A stretch of DNA of 64,000 bases from Glaucostegus cemiculus. Its lineage: Eukaryota. Shown here piece by piece: positions 49,386-60,275 of the stretch (positions within the stretch are counted from its first letter, which is position 1; each line of letters opens with the position of its first letter). The stretch lies in contig CDPCPM010000037.1 of NCBI GenBank assembly GCA_976551045.1, positions 14,012,001 to 14,076,000 on the forward strand, in the 5' to 3' direction. The notes beneath the pieces were generated by a model that did not search any database, was not told the origin of the DNA, and saw nothing but the letters and a program-made list of their open reading frames with translations. The position numbers and the translations under genes were made by a program.

Positions 49386-49944
49386 TAATGCAGCAGGCTG
49401 CATTATGTTGAAAAATTTCAAGTTCCTGCATTATCTTGGAAGCTGAATATTGATTGGATGCATGAAAAAGAATGCTTTAGAAATAGAAGAATGATATAAA
49501 TTGACTGTAGAGAATTCTTTTTGTTGCACATTGTCTGGAACATATGTAACAAAAAGGAGAAATTCCAACTCTGTTAATAAGACAGACATTTTTCTGGTCT
49601 TTCAGCATTTTTCAATAAGTTCAAAGATGACTCTTCCCTTCACATCTCAAAAAAACAATAATGCAAAAAAGCAGATGCCACATGGCCATCATTCTCACTC
49701 ACTAAATTGAAAGAATGGTTCTATACTTTTAGCAACCATTCTAAAAGTCCAAAACTGAAAAGCCATAATGGCAGTGTATAATCCCTACAGAATCAGGAGC
49801 ACCAGTCCTTTCTGGAAGAAGTTTGACTCCAAACTGTCTTTTATCCTGGACGGAAAGTTTCAGTGAATTTCCCTCTAATACTTATTTTAAAGAATTAATA
49901 TTGTTGCACCCTCCAAATGCAAGTAGTCACAAACACCCTGACTA

Positions 49945-50410
49945 GAAAGCAACAATCTGCTGGAGGAACTCAGTGGGTTGAGCAGCATCTGTGGGGTGGG
50001 GGTGGGAAGGAAGGAATTGTCAACTTTTTTGGTCAAATCCACCTATCAAGAGATGAGAGATAGCCAGTACAATGGAGAGGGGCAGGGCTGAGATATGAGC
50101 CCATGGTGATTGGTGGACTGAGGAGCGGTGAAAGATGACGGGCAGGTTCTGCCAGGTAGGGGATGTGGAGATGGGGGCAGGGCACGGTGGAGTGGATTTA
50201 GCGGATTCCAACCTTCATCCTTCCCCCTCACCTCACTCCATTTGCCTCTCACTTTATCTGTTTGCTTCTGTCTATCCTCCACCTACCACTGTCTCCTAAC
50301 TCCATTCCCCTACACCACCTGGCATAACCTGCCTGTCATTTTCCACTTCACTATCCACCAATCACCTTGGGCTCCTGTCTCACCACTCCCCCTCTCCATC
50401 ACCACTCACC
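49945..50410. mobile_element. Penelope-type terminal-repeat element with internal inverted duplication
   Basis: Starts ATCTGCTGGAGGAACTCAGTGGG. Arms ~50072-50157 and ~50317-50399 are reverse complements. Confidence 0.7.
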
Positions 50411-51654
50411 GTCTCCTGTCCAGGATAAAACACAGTTCTTCCAGCATCAGAAGTCTCGTTATTAGGTTTGAGACACAATTAAAAAAACATTGCTGAAATG
50501 TTGACTCATTGACATACCGTGTTTACCAGTAAGTTAACTCTCTTCCTCTGTGTTGCACCAATCATTTAGGTGCAAGTTGGAAGCAGGTGGAGGAAACCAA
50601 GCCCCATCATTATATCAGCATTTGAAAGCAAGACTGAAACCATATTTCAAAAGAATATTCAAATTTTCCTCGCGATTGTGAAATTTATATAATGTATTAG
50701 CAGAGATATTGATCCATTTACACCGACTTTTCCAAAGCTTTCACTTACAAGACAAAATGGAAAGATAGCTGAGGATTCAATAGACATATTGACCTTCCTC
50801 ACAGTTATAAATCTTTCATGTCTTGGTTGATACAGCCCATATTCCTCCTACAGACAGTATTCTGGCTTTCAGGTGATGTGTAAAACAGGTAATATTTATT
50901 ATTACCTTCACTACTTCAGTTAATGAGTATGAAAGTCAGTAAGATCTGAAATTTTTGTAAGAGCCAAAGATATCACATAGCTTAGCAATCCATTTTTCCT
51001 TTAGATTGTGTGTAATGGCTTATTGATTTCAGCTCTGCAAATGAAAGTGTCTTGTACCTGGCCAGTTTTGCTCTGAGCATCTCAACTTGTTCCATTCCTT
51101 CATATCTCATTTAAAATCCTCAGTCTCCACTTCCCATCCAGGTAACAAACATATTCTCACTGAGGTGATCTCATTGACCTTCTCTCCAGTCCCTGTATCA
51201 GTGATTTTAAACTAATCATGCTATCCCTTTCCAATTCACTGCCCTTCTCACTTTTGCTTTTCTCTCCAATGTAACCTCAAGCTGTATTCATAACCAGGCC
51301 TGTGTATTCCCCCTCTCACACACTCTTAACATGTCAGAGTGGCACTTCCTTACATTCTTCACCCTCAATCTTCCCGCTTTGATCCCTACTTCCTTCCATA
51401 TACAGCACTGTAAAGAATTTTGTGCCCATTCATAAAAGCACTTTGTTTGCAATGATATAGTGTTTGACCCTCTTTCTACAGTGACCAATCTGTCCAATTA
51501 TGCACTCTCACTTTTCTAATCCCATTAAACTTGTTACTTTCTCTCACTTTAGTCATTGCTCATCCCTGCCACACTGTCCAAAGGACACAAACATGAATGG
51601 ATGTGAAAACAACATTGAGTCATTCACTGGCAGATCTGGCTGGACCAGAAAATG

Positions 51655-51875
51655 ACAATAAGATGGAACCATGACCTCAAAATCTACCTTATGACCTTAC
51701 ACCTTATTGTCTACCTGCACTGCACTTTGTGACTGTAACATTTTATTTTGCATTCTGTTTTGTTTTACCTTGTCCAACTTCAATGCACTGTGTAATGAAT
51801 TGATCTGCATGAACAGTTGCAAGACAAGTTTTTCCACTGTACCTCAGTATATGTGATAATAATAAACCAATTTAC
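51655..51875 (+). mobile_element. Rex1-like 3'UTR fragment (same family as 12800 and 59070)
   Basis: Highly similar to 14305-14528, ending AATAATAAACCAATTTAC. Confidence 0.85.
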
Positions 51876-52154
51876 CTATTCTTGCATTTCTTCTCCATTT
51901 TCAGCTGTAAAAATGTGCAAAAAGCTCATGGGCTTCTTTCTCTAAGAATCAGCTGCTTCTGTTGGTTTCCTTCCTATCAAAGCCCACAAGATCAAATTTC
52001 CTCTTAAAGTTACCTACTCCTCTCCACCTCTAGACCCAAATGTTCATGTTCCCCAATGTCTCCCTTGTTCCTATCAAATCTTCTCAGAGATCATCTGGTC
52101 AATTGGACACATCTCTTCCTTTTCTTAGTAAGTCCCATGGAACAATGTTTCTGC

Positions 52155-52860
52155 TCTAGTTATGTGGGTTGAGGTGAATGATGGAACTCATGAGACTGCA
52201 GATCCTGGCTTGGGTTGAACAGGAATTGTTTGACCAGGTATGTGAGGGCACTTTGCGGAGTGCATTCTTTCTTCCATTTGCACTGGGATTCTGCATGCTC
52301 CTGACAAATGGACTCAGGTCTCTCAAAGTGCCCCCCCAACTGCTCCTTCCCCATTGGAGTGATCATGGACAATGATCATTCCCACTAGACAATGGAAATA
52401 TTACATATTTTCAGGGAGGCATTGAGAACATCTTGAATATTTTCTTCTGCTAATCTCTTTCCATGACTGAACTCAGAATAGTGGTGTCTATTTAAGGAGT
52501 CTGGTGTCAGGCATGTGGACAACATGATCTGGCTATCAGAGCTGACTGAATGTAATTGGGGCCCCAGTGCTGTGGATGTTGGTTCAATTATCCAGCCAAT
52601 AGGTATGGAGGGATTTGCAGGGGCAGTATCAGTGAACTCTCCTGTGCTTGGTTTAGGTAATCCAATTCTCAGAGCTGGATAACTGCTGCCTGGCAGGCCA
52701 TAAGCTTTGCATCAGATTTGAGATACTGGTTTTCAAAAACTCTTCCTCAGACAGCCAAAGGCTGCACTGGTGAGCTGAAGGTGGTGTTGAATTTCATCAT
52801 CAACATTTGTTGAGAGGTTACACTTGAGATATAGGAAGTGTTCCACGTTTCCCTGCTGCT
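52155..52860 (-). mobile_element. Decayed RTE-clade LINE
   Basis: Reverse-complement similarity to 24480-25420 (minus strand TTCCTATATCTC; GGCTGTCTGAGGAAGAGTTTTTGAAAACCAG; GAGTTCCATCATTCACCTCAACCCAC). Confidence 0.7.
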
Positions 52861-53019
52861 GCTTTTACTACTTCACTTCACCTACCCACTGAAAAGTTAA
52901 CCACAATATTTCAGATTCCCTTTTAGTTGTTACTGGTCACTGCTCCAGAAAGGAAGAAGACAGGGTGGAGCTAAAGCCAATCTAGCAGACCGCGTAGGCT
53001 AAACCAGGATAAGAGAAAA

Positions 53020-53278
53020 TATCGTTATTAGTCACATGTACATCGTAACACAGTGAAATGCATCTTTTGTGTCGAGTGTTGCCACACTTCTGGTGCCAAC
53101 GTAGCATGCCCACAACTTTCTAACCTGTACATCTTTGGAATGTGGGAGGAAACTCGAGCTCCCGGAGGAAACCCATGCAGACACAGGGAGAACGTGCAAA
53201 CTCCTTACAGACAGGGGCCGGAATTGAACCCAGGTCTCTGGCATTGTTATGGTGTTACGCTAACTGCTACACTACCAT
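53020..53278 (-). mobile_element. V-SINE with tRNA-derived head and Rex-type 3' tail
   Basis: A-box-like TAGCAGTTAG, B box GGGTTCAATTCC (53220-53231), V core GGAGTTTGCACGTTCTCCCTGTGTCTGCATGGGTTTCCTCCGGG, and tail TTTCACTGTG...GTACATGTGACTAATAA. Confidence 0.85.
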
Positions 53279-53284
53279 AATGAA

Positions 53285-53765
53285 TGCACAACAGTAATTG
53301 GCCATAGGGCGAAGCGGGAAGGGTAGGGTGACTGGAAGTAGACTGCGGAAGGTGAAGAGATGTAGAGTGATGAGCCAGCGCACCAGACAGAGGGAAGCAT
53401 GAACAGTCTAAGAAGACAAAGCAAAGTGAGAACGAACTTCGAGGGAGAAAGAGGACGTGGGCGGCAGGAGATACCACAGAGGCAGCAGGATGATCCAGAG
53501 TAGAACTAGCAAACTGGGTGTGGAGACAACGGTGTTGCAGACCTGAAAAGGGAGAAGCTGGGGTTTAGTGCTTGGGCAGACCTGAAAGAGTGCTGGCCTG
53601 GCAGATCGTGCAGGGTGAACCAGGAGAAGAGGTGGGCAGAATGAGTGGGCAACCAAGGAATGCACAACAGCGATCAGTGGCAGGGTAATCGGAAATAGAC
53701 TAGGCAATCTGAACAGGGTGAGGACACAGCAGGGTGAAGCACAAATCGGTGCTGGTAAATGGGAT
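53285..53765. repeat. Unclassified GC- and purine-rich segment, possibly Penelope-derived
   Basis: Abrupt compositional shift with retained CpGs. No protein motif recognised with confidence. Confidence 0.3.
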
Positions 53766-53789
53766 TCATATACAGGTGCAAGAGTAGCA

Positions 53790-54150
53790 TAGACACTTTG
53801 GACTGAAGGGCCTGGTTCTGTGCTGTATGACTTCATGACTCTTGGACTAATATGTATTGTTGGAGTAGGTTGCATGCAGGTTTTAGGTGAGAGGGGAAGG
53901 ATTTAGAGGGGACTGAAGAGCAAGTTTTCCTCACACAGCAGGTGGGGGGTATATGGAGTGAGCTGCCAGAGGAAGTGCAGTTGGGTACAATTACATCATT
54001 TAATAGACATTTGGTCAGGTTCATAGATAGGAAAGGTTTAGAGGACTAGGGGCCAAATGCAGACAGATGGGAGTAGCTCAGATAGGCACCTTGGTCGGCA
54101 TGGACAAGTTGGGCCAAAAGGCTTGTTTCCATGCTGTATAACTATGACTC
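53790..54150 (+). mobile_element. Two CR1 3' end fragments in tandem
   Basis: Tails GGACTGAAGGGCCTGGTTCTGTGCTGTATGACTTCATGACT and GGGCCAAAAGGCTTGTTTCCATGCTGTATAACTATGACTC. Confidence 0.8.
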
Positions 54151-55367
54151 TTCAGATACCAATTTCCTCCTTCAAATCTAATGTTGTAACCCCTAAAGAA
54201 ACCACTTAGTTTCTATCCATGCAAACTATCAACTCTTCTGCAATCTCCCTCTTCTTTCCAGTCCTGCTATGTATTATCACCCCAATCATTCCCACCAAAA
54301 AGACTAGCCACATCTGAGATAAACCTCTCAATCCTTTACACAATTCCATTCAATCCATCACCACTGGGTGGGACTGCAATTACCTGCTTATAAACAAGGC
54401 TGGAGAATCAAACTACTTTTTATCCCCCATTCTAATATTATATGATCTCTGACATCCCTAATGATCGATGCTTGTCCCACATCTATTTTCTCACCAACCC
54501 CAGACAATGTCCACTGCAAGATCACAGTGTCAGTTTCCACAGAATCCTGATAATAACCAGCTCCAACTCAGCATTTTCTCTCAGCCTCTTCACTGTCTTG
54601 AAACTGGTAGATTGCTTGTTCAGCACCAGTATTAGACGAAAATATGCAGCTAAATACTAAGAAAACTAAAACCACTCTTTTTGGTCCCTGTTCATAGTCA
54701 GAACTTAAAAACCTCCGGGATGACACCTCCAGTACTAGCTGAGCTTTCCTGTTTTCTAATAGTGCATAATCTATCAAAGTCCTAAATTCTAGAATTCTAA
54801 ACCTCTATTCTCCTCAGTTTCCCTTTCATCCTTACACATATTGCTCAAGCTTTTGGCTATCTGGGCCAATGTTGTTCAAATTCAGCTTTGTTTGATAGCA
54901 TCCCTGTGAAGAACTCCAAGACTCAACTTAGAGTTGCTACACAAATGCAAGAATCTTCTGCTGCTAAAGAGGGACAACTGCACTTATTTTGCTACTGAAA
55001 CTACAGTTACCAAATATGGTAGGTCACAAACAAAAACAGTTGTTCCCTTTCTCGCACTTTGGCAAGATATACGTATTTAACCAAAAAAATCACATATGAA
55101 AAATTCTTGTTCACATGCATGACTAGGTTACATAACTATAGGATCTTTCCAACTCAAGTGTTAAGGTAGCAACTATAATAGAAGTTTAAAAATACCAACA
55201 GAATGTGCAACAAATAGGTCAGCACTCGCAATTGATCCTGCATCACCTGAGATCTACATTTGGCAGTTTGGTAACAGTTACTACAATTATTTGCAAGAGT
55301 ATTTTGTACAATTTGTTTTAAACTAACATTTTGATGCAACTGTTTCCAAGAATAAACAGTTATGGAA

Positions 55368-55490
55368 TGAAGAGTAGAGGATAGACAGATGGAGGATGGA
55401 CAGAAGAGGGTAGATGGATAGCAGAATGGACAGATAAAGGTCTAAAATGACAGCAGGGTTAGGTGGGTGAACAGCTGGTAGACAGACAAA
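55368..55490 (+). repeat. Degenerate purine-rich (GGAT/AGAC) simple repeat
   Basis: Directly visible. Confidence 0.6.
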
Positions 55491-55599
55491 GTGATGCAAA
55501 TGAAAGGAATTCTTCTTTATTGAAAATACTAATGTGAAAACTGGAAAAGAATCCTCTCTATGTTTTATTGTTGATTCTGCATCCACAGTCCTACCAGAC

Positions 55600-57292
55600 A
55601 TCATAGAACAGTACGGCACAATACAGCTCCTTCAGCCACCATGTTGTGCTGACCTTTAAACCTCACCTAAGACTATCTAACCCCTTCCCCCCCACATATC
55701 CTCCTATTTTAAGTTCCTCCATATGATTATCTAGCAATCTGTTGAATCTGACAAAAGTACCTGCCTCCACCAGCACCCCAGGCAGCGCATTCCACGCCCC
55801 AACCACTCTGAGTTAAAAACCTCCCTCTGATATCTCCCTTGAACTTCCCACCCATTACATTAAATCTATGCCCTCTTGTACCGAGCATTGGAGCCCTGGG
55901 AAAGAGGCACTGGCTGTCCACTATCTATTCATCTTAATATTTTGTACACCTCTATCATGTCTCCCCTCATCCTCCTTCTCTCCAAAGAGTAAAGCCCTTG
56001 CTCCCTTAGTCTCACTTCATAATCCATACTTTCCAATCCAGGCAGCATCCTGGTAAATCTCCTCTGCATCCTTTCCAACGCTTCCACATCCTTCCTATAA
56101 TGAGGCGACCAAAACTGGACAATACTCCAAGTGTGGTCTAACCAGAGTTTTGTAAAGCTGCATCATTACCTCACGGCTCTTAAACTCGATCCAATGACTT
56201 ATGAAAGCTAACAGCCCATAAGCTTTCTTAACTAGCCTATCCATCTGTGAGGCAACTTCCAGTGATTTGTGGATATGAACACCCAGATCCCTCTGCTCAT
56301 CCACACTACCAAGAATCCTGCCATTAACCTTGTATTCCGCCTTGTAGTTTGTCCTTCCAAAGTGTACCACCTCACACTTCTCTGGATTGAACTCCATCTG
56401 CTACTTCTCAGCCCAGCTCTGCATCCTATCAATATCCCTCTGCAATCTTCAACAGTCCTCCACACTATCCACAACACCACTGACCTTTGAGTTGTCCGCA
56501 AACTTGCCAACCCACCCTTCTACCCCCTTATCCAAGTCATTAATAAATATCATGAAAGGCAGAGGTCCCAGAACCAATCCTTTGGGACACCACTAGTCAC
56601 AGCCCTCCAACCTGAATGCACTCCCTCCACCACAACCCTCTGCTTTCTACAGGCAAACCAATTCTGAATCTACATGGCCCAGCTTCCCTGGATCCCATGC
56701 CCTCTGACCTTCTGAAGAAGCCTACCATGTGGAACCTTGTCAAATTCCTTACTAAAATCCATGTAGACTACATCTACTGCACTACTCTTATCAATCTGCC
56801 TGGTCACCACCTCAAATAATCCTATCAGGCTTGTGAGATATGATCTTCCCTTCCCAAAGCCTTGCTGACTGTCCCTAATCAGTCCGCGATTCTCTAAATG
56901 CTCATAGAGCCTATCTCCAAGAATCCTTTCCAACAGCTTACTCACCACAGACGCAAGGCTCACTGGTTAGTAATTTCCTGGACTATCCCTACTACCTTTT
57001 TTGAATAAGGGGACAACATTTGCCACCCTCCAATCCTCTGGTACCATTCCCATGGACAATGAGGACTCAAAGATCCCAGCCCATATTTCAGCAATCTCCT
57101 CCCTCGCCTCTTGGAGCAGCTTGGGGAAAATTTCATCAGGCCTCCGGGACTTACCTGTCCTAATATTTTCTAACGGCTCCAATACATCCTCTTGATATCT
57201 ACATACTCTAGAATATTAACCTTACCAACACTGTCCTCAGCATCATCTAGGTCTCTCTCTTTGGTGAATACTGAAGAGAAGTATTCATTGAG
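55600..57292 (-). mobile_element. Young CR1 LINE, ~1.7 kb 5'-truncated, frameshifted ORF2 RT
   Basis: VPEDWRVANVVPLFKKG; YMDFSKEFDKVPHGRLL; KFADN; MEFNPEKCEVVHFG; LYKTLVRPHLEYC; TRGHRF; tail TGTTCTATG. Confidence 0.95.
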
Positions 57293-59069
57293 AACATTCA
57301 TATCCAAAGCAGAGAGATGATTTGGTCAAATCAGAGCAATGCTCTGTGGCCAGAAATTATAAATCACATTTCATGTGGACAACTTCAGTCATAGGTGGTC
57401 AAGGATAATGGAATGAACAAGAGCATAAATAGAGCAAAATTGTTTTACCTTCAGAGCAAATTGAACTAGTCAAAGTGAAATTATGTTTGGTACTATCCAA
57501 GTTAATATTGCAGTCATGTTTCAAGATGCACAAACACACATACACACCTGTAAAATTGTTGAGCATCACAATAAAAATTGCTTATCTTTTAAATGGACAT
57601 TTTCTACGTGGGAATATGTAATGGTTGCAAAGAACAGCATCGAGAAAATGGTGGATGAAATATGTAACAAACATGGCATATGCTATATTGGTTGGTGTCA
57701 CTTTAAGAATTGTTTTGTGATCAACACCTCCCCAACACAACATTGTTTACTGTGGAACTTGCTGGTCAGTCCATCTCTGTGAAGAAAGCTACAGTAAGAA
57801 CATTATCTTGACAAATCTTTATTTACTGAATATCCTCGTTAGTTTGAATTATGGAGTATTTTCCATAGAGAGAGAAAGAAATTAAACAAAAATATAAATT
57901 TGATAGTTCAAAGTACAAGAGTTGACGATCAGATTTTAGTTTGAATAGATCGTTACTGAGTTTACTGCAAGTTTATTACTGAATTTACTGTGAGACAGTC
58001 TGCTAACACAGTAGAATGTGCAAGAAAAATGTACTTTGAAACTGCAATGTGTTTACTGATAAATTCTTTTATTAACTGTATCCTCATCTTAAATCAAACA
58101 TGACATGGTTATCATCAGACTCAAGATGAAGGATTCTCCCAAGCTGCAGTTCTCAGCAGCTGGAAGGGAATTTGTTCAGGGGAATGTCAGGGTCCTACCA
58201 TAACAGAACAATGCCAGAATGTCTTTTAAGAGCTGGGTTGGTATAAATGATCATTTGGGTAGAATGCAGTACAGCAGTAACTGTAGTTTTGTTTTGCATC
58301 AATGCATGTCATTGGCCACTTATGATTCTGCAGAAGTTTTCAGTAAAATATTTCAACCTGGAATTTATGCCAATCAATATTCCATGTGTCTCTTTAATGG
58401 ACATGACTTTCTGCTTCAAAAGTGATAATTATCTAAAATAAAGCAAAAAAATTAACTCCTCCAGAAAAATAAGATTGACACACCATACAAATACATACAG
58501 CAATTAAAGTGCACAACACTTCAATTCCTACGACTGATTATAGTGGTCCTGAAGGATAGGGGATTGTGGACCTGAGCAGTTACTCCAAGCCGGAGTGAAT
58601 GGATTATCCAGCGAAATATGGGCTGGCTGCAGGTCTGGGCTGTTGGTTGCCACTGTACATAGTTAGGCACCTCTGGTTTATAGTGTGTAGAGACATGAAG
58701 GTCCTGGAAGTAGAATTACAGACTTTGCAATCTGCAAGTCCCCAATTTCAACAAATAAGATTTTTTTCTTAGAAATGCATAGAGCATATTAAAATTGTAC
58801 TATGCAATAGAATTTCCAGGCCAGGGAACATTGCATAACATTCCTTTTTTTGCTCTCAAACTAAGGAACTTCAATCTGATTGTGCTCACAGCTGGGAAAT
58901 TTCTTTTATAGCCAAGATAATAGTAACTACTCATCTGGAGCTGGCTGAACAGTTATCAGGAGTACTGACACTTATTGCGCAAACAGCACAGATTACGTTT
59001 TCTATTTCTAACCAGTATATTAGCTTCAAAATGTCTAAAGTATACAAATTTATATTGGAGCTTCTGTCA

Positions 59070-60275
59070 CAGACACCTACATTAGACTATTGTTTATTGT
59101 CTACAGCTCTGCCTTCAATACTATAATCCCAAGTAAGCTTGTCATCAAATACAAGGCCTAGGACTCAACACCTCCCTCTGTAACTGGATCCTTGACTTTC
59201 TAACAGACAGACCGCAATCAGTGAGGATAGGTGGCAATACCTCCGGCATGATTATTCTCAACACTGGTGCCCCACAAGGCTGCGTCCTCAGCCCTCTATT
59301 CTACTCCCTATACACTCATGACTGTGTGGCCACATTCTGCTGTAACTCCAACTACAAGTTTGCAGATGATACCACCGTTGTAGACCGTATCTCAAACAGA
59401 AATGAGTTGGAGTACAGGAAGGAGATAGAGAACTTAGTGGAATGGTGTCATAACAACAACTTTTCCCTCAATGTCAACAAAACAAAAGAGCTGGTCATTG
59501 ACTTCAGGAAAGGGGGCGGTGTACATGCACCTGTCTACATCAATGGTGCTGAGGTCAAGCGGCTTAAGAGCTTCAAGTTCCTGGGAGTAAACATGACCAA
59601 CAGCCTGTCTTGGTCAAATCATGTAGAAGCCATGACCAAGAAAGCTCACCAGAGCCTCTACTTCCTCAGGATGCTAAAGAAATTTGGTTTGTCCCCTTTG
59701 ACTCTCACCAACTTTTACCGATGCACCATAGAAAGCATCCTATCTGGATGTATCATGGCTTGGTACGGCAACTGCTCTGCCCAGGAACGCAAGAAACTGC
59801 AGAGATTTGTGGGCACAGCCTAGTGCATTACGGACACCAGCCTCTCTTCCTTGGACTCTGTCTTTACCTCTCATTGTCTTGGTGAAGCAGCCAACATAAT
59901 CAAGGACCCCACCCACCTGGGTCATTCTCTCCTCTCCCCTCTTCCATTAGGTAGAACATACAGGAACCTGAAGGCATGTACCACTAGACTTAATGACAGA
60001 TTCTACCCCACAATGATAAGACTATTGAACAGTTCCCTTATACAATAAGATGGACTATGCCCTCATGATCTACTTTGTTCTGACCTCACACCTTATTGCA
60101 CTGCACTTTCTCTGTAGCTGTGACACTTTACTCGTACTGTTATTGTTTTACTTGTATTACATCAATGCACTCAGTGCAGTAACATTGAGTCAGTACAGTG
60201 TAATGAATTGACCTGTATGATCGCTTTGTAAGACAAGCTTTTCACTGTACCTTGGTACAAGTGACAATAATCATA
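59070..60275 (+). mobile_element. Rex1/Babar-like LINE, 5'-truncated, with 200-aa open RT segment
   Basis: [23 protein letters not shown]...KFADDTTVV...[15 protein letters not shown]...FKFLGV...[20 protein letters not shown]; tail GTACAAGTGACAATAAT. Confidence 0.93.

Larger units (their letters stand above)
51090..54960 (+). mobile_element. Old L2-like LINE, fragmented by younger insertions
   Basis: Pyrimidine-rich decayed body at 51090-51600, 51880-52140 and 54160-54800. The 3' end CAAGCTTTTGG...CCTGTGAAG...GCTACACAAATGCAAG at 54845-54952 is L2-type. Confidence 0.45.

Noticed and set aside
53215-53278. tRNA gene
   Set aside because: A/B boxes are present but run into a V-SINE core, and I see no acceptor stem.
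58290-58432. Minus-strand exon after the strong acceptor TTTTGCTTTATTTTAG
   Set aside because: All three frames stop within about 40 nt.
59221-59823. 200-aa ORF as a functional or domesticated reverse transcriptase
   Set aside because: It is 5'-truncated, lacks the endonuclease and N-terminal RT motifs in frame, starts at GTG and ends at a premature TAG.
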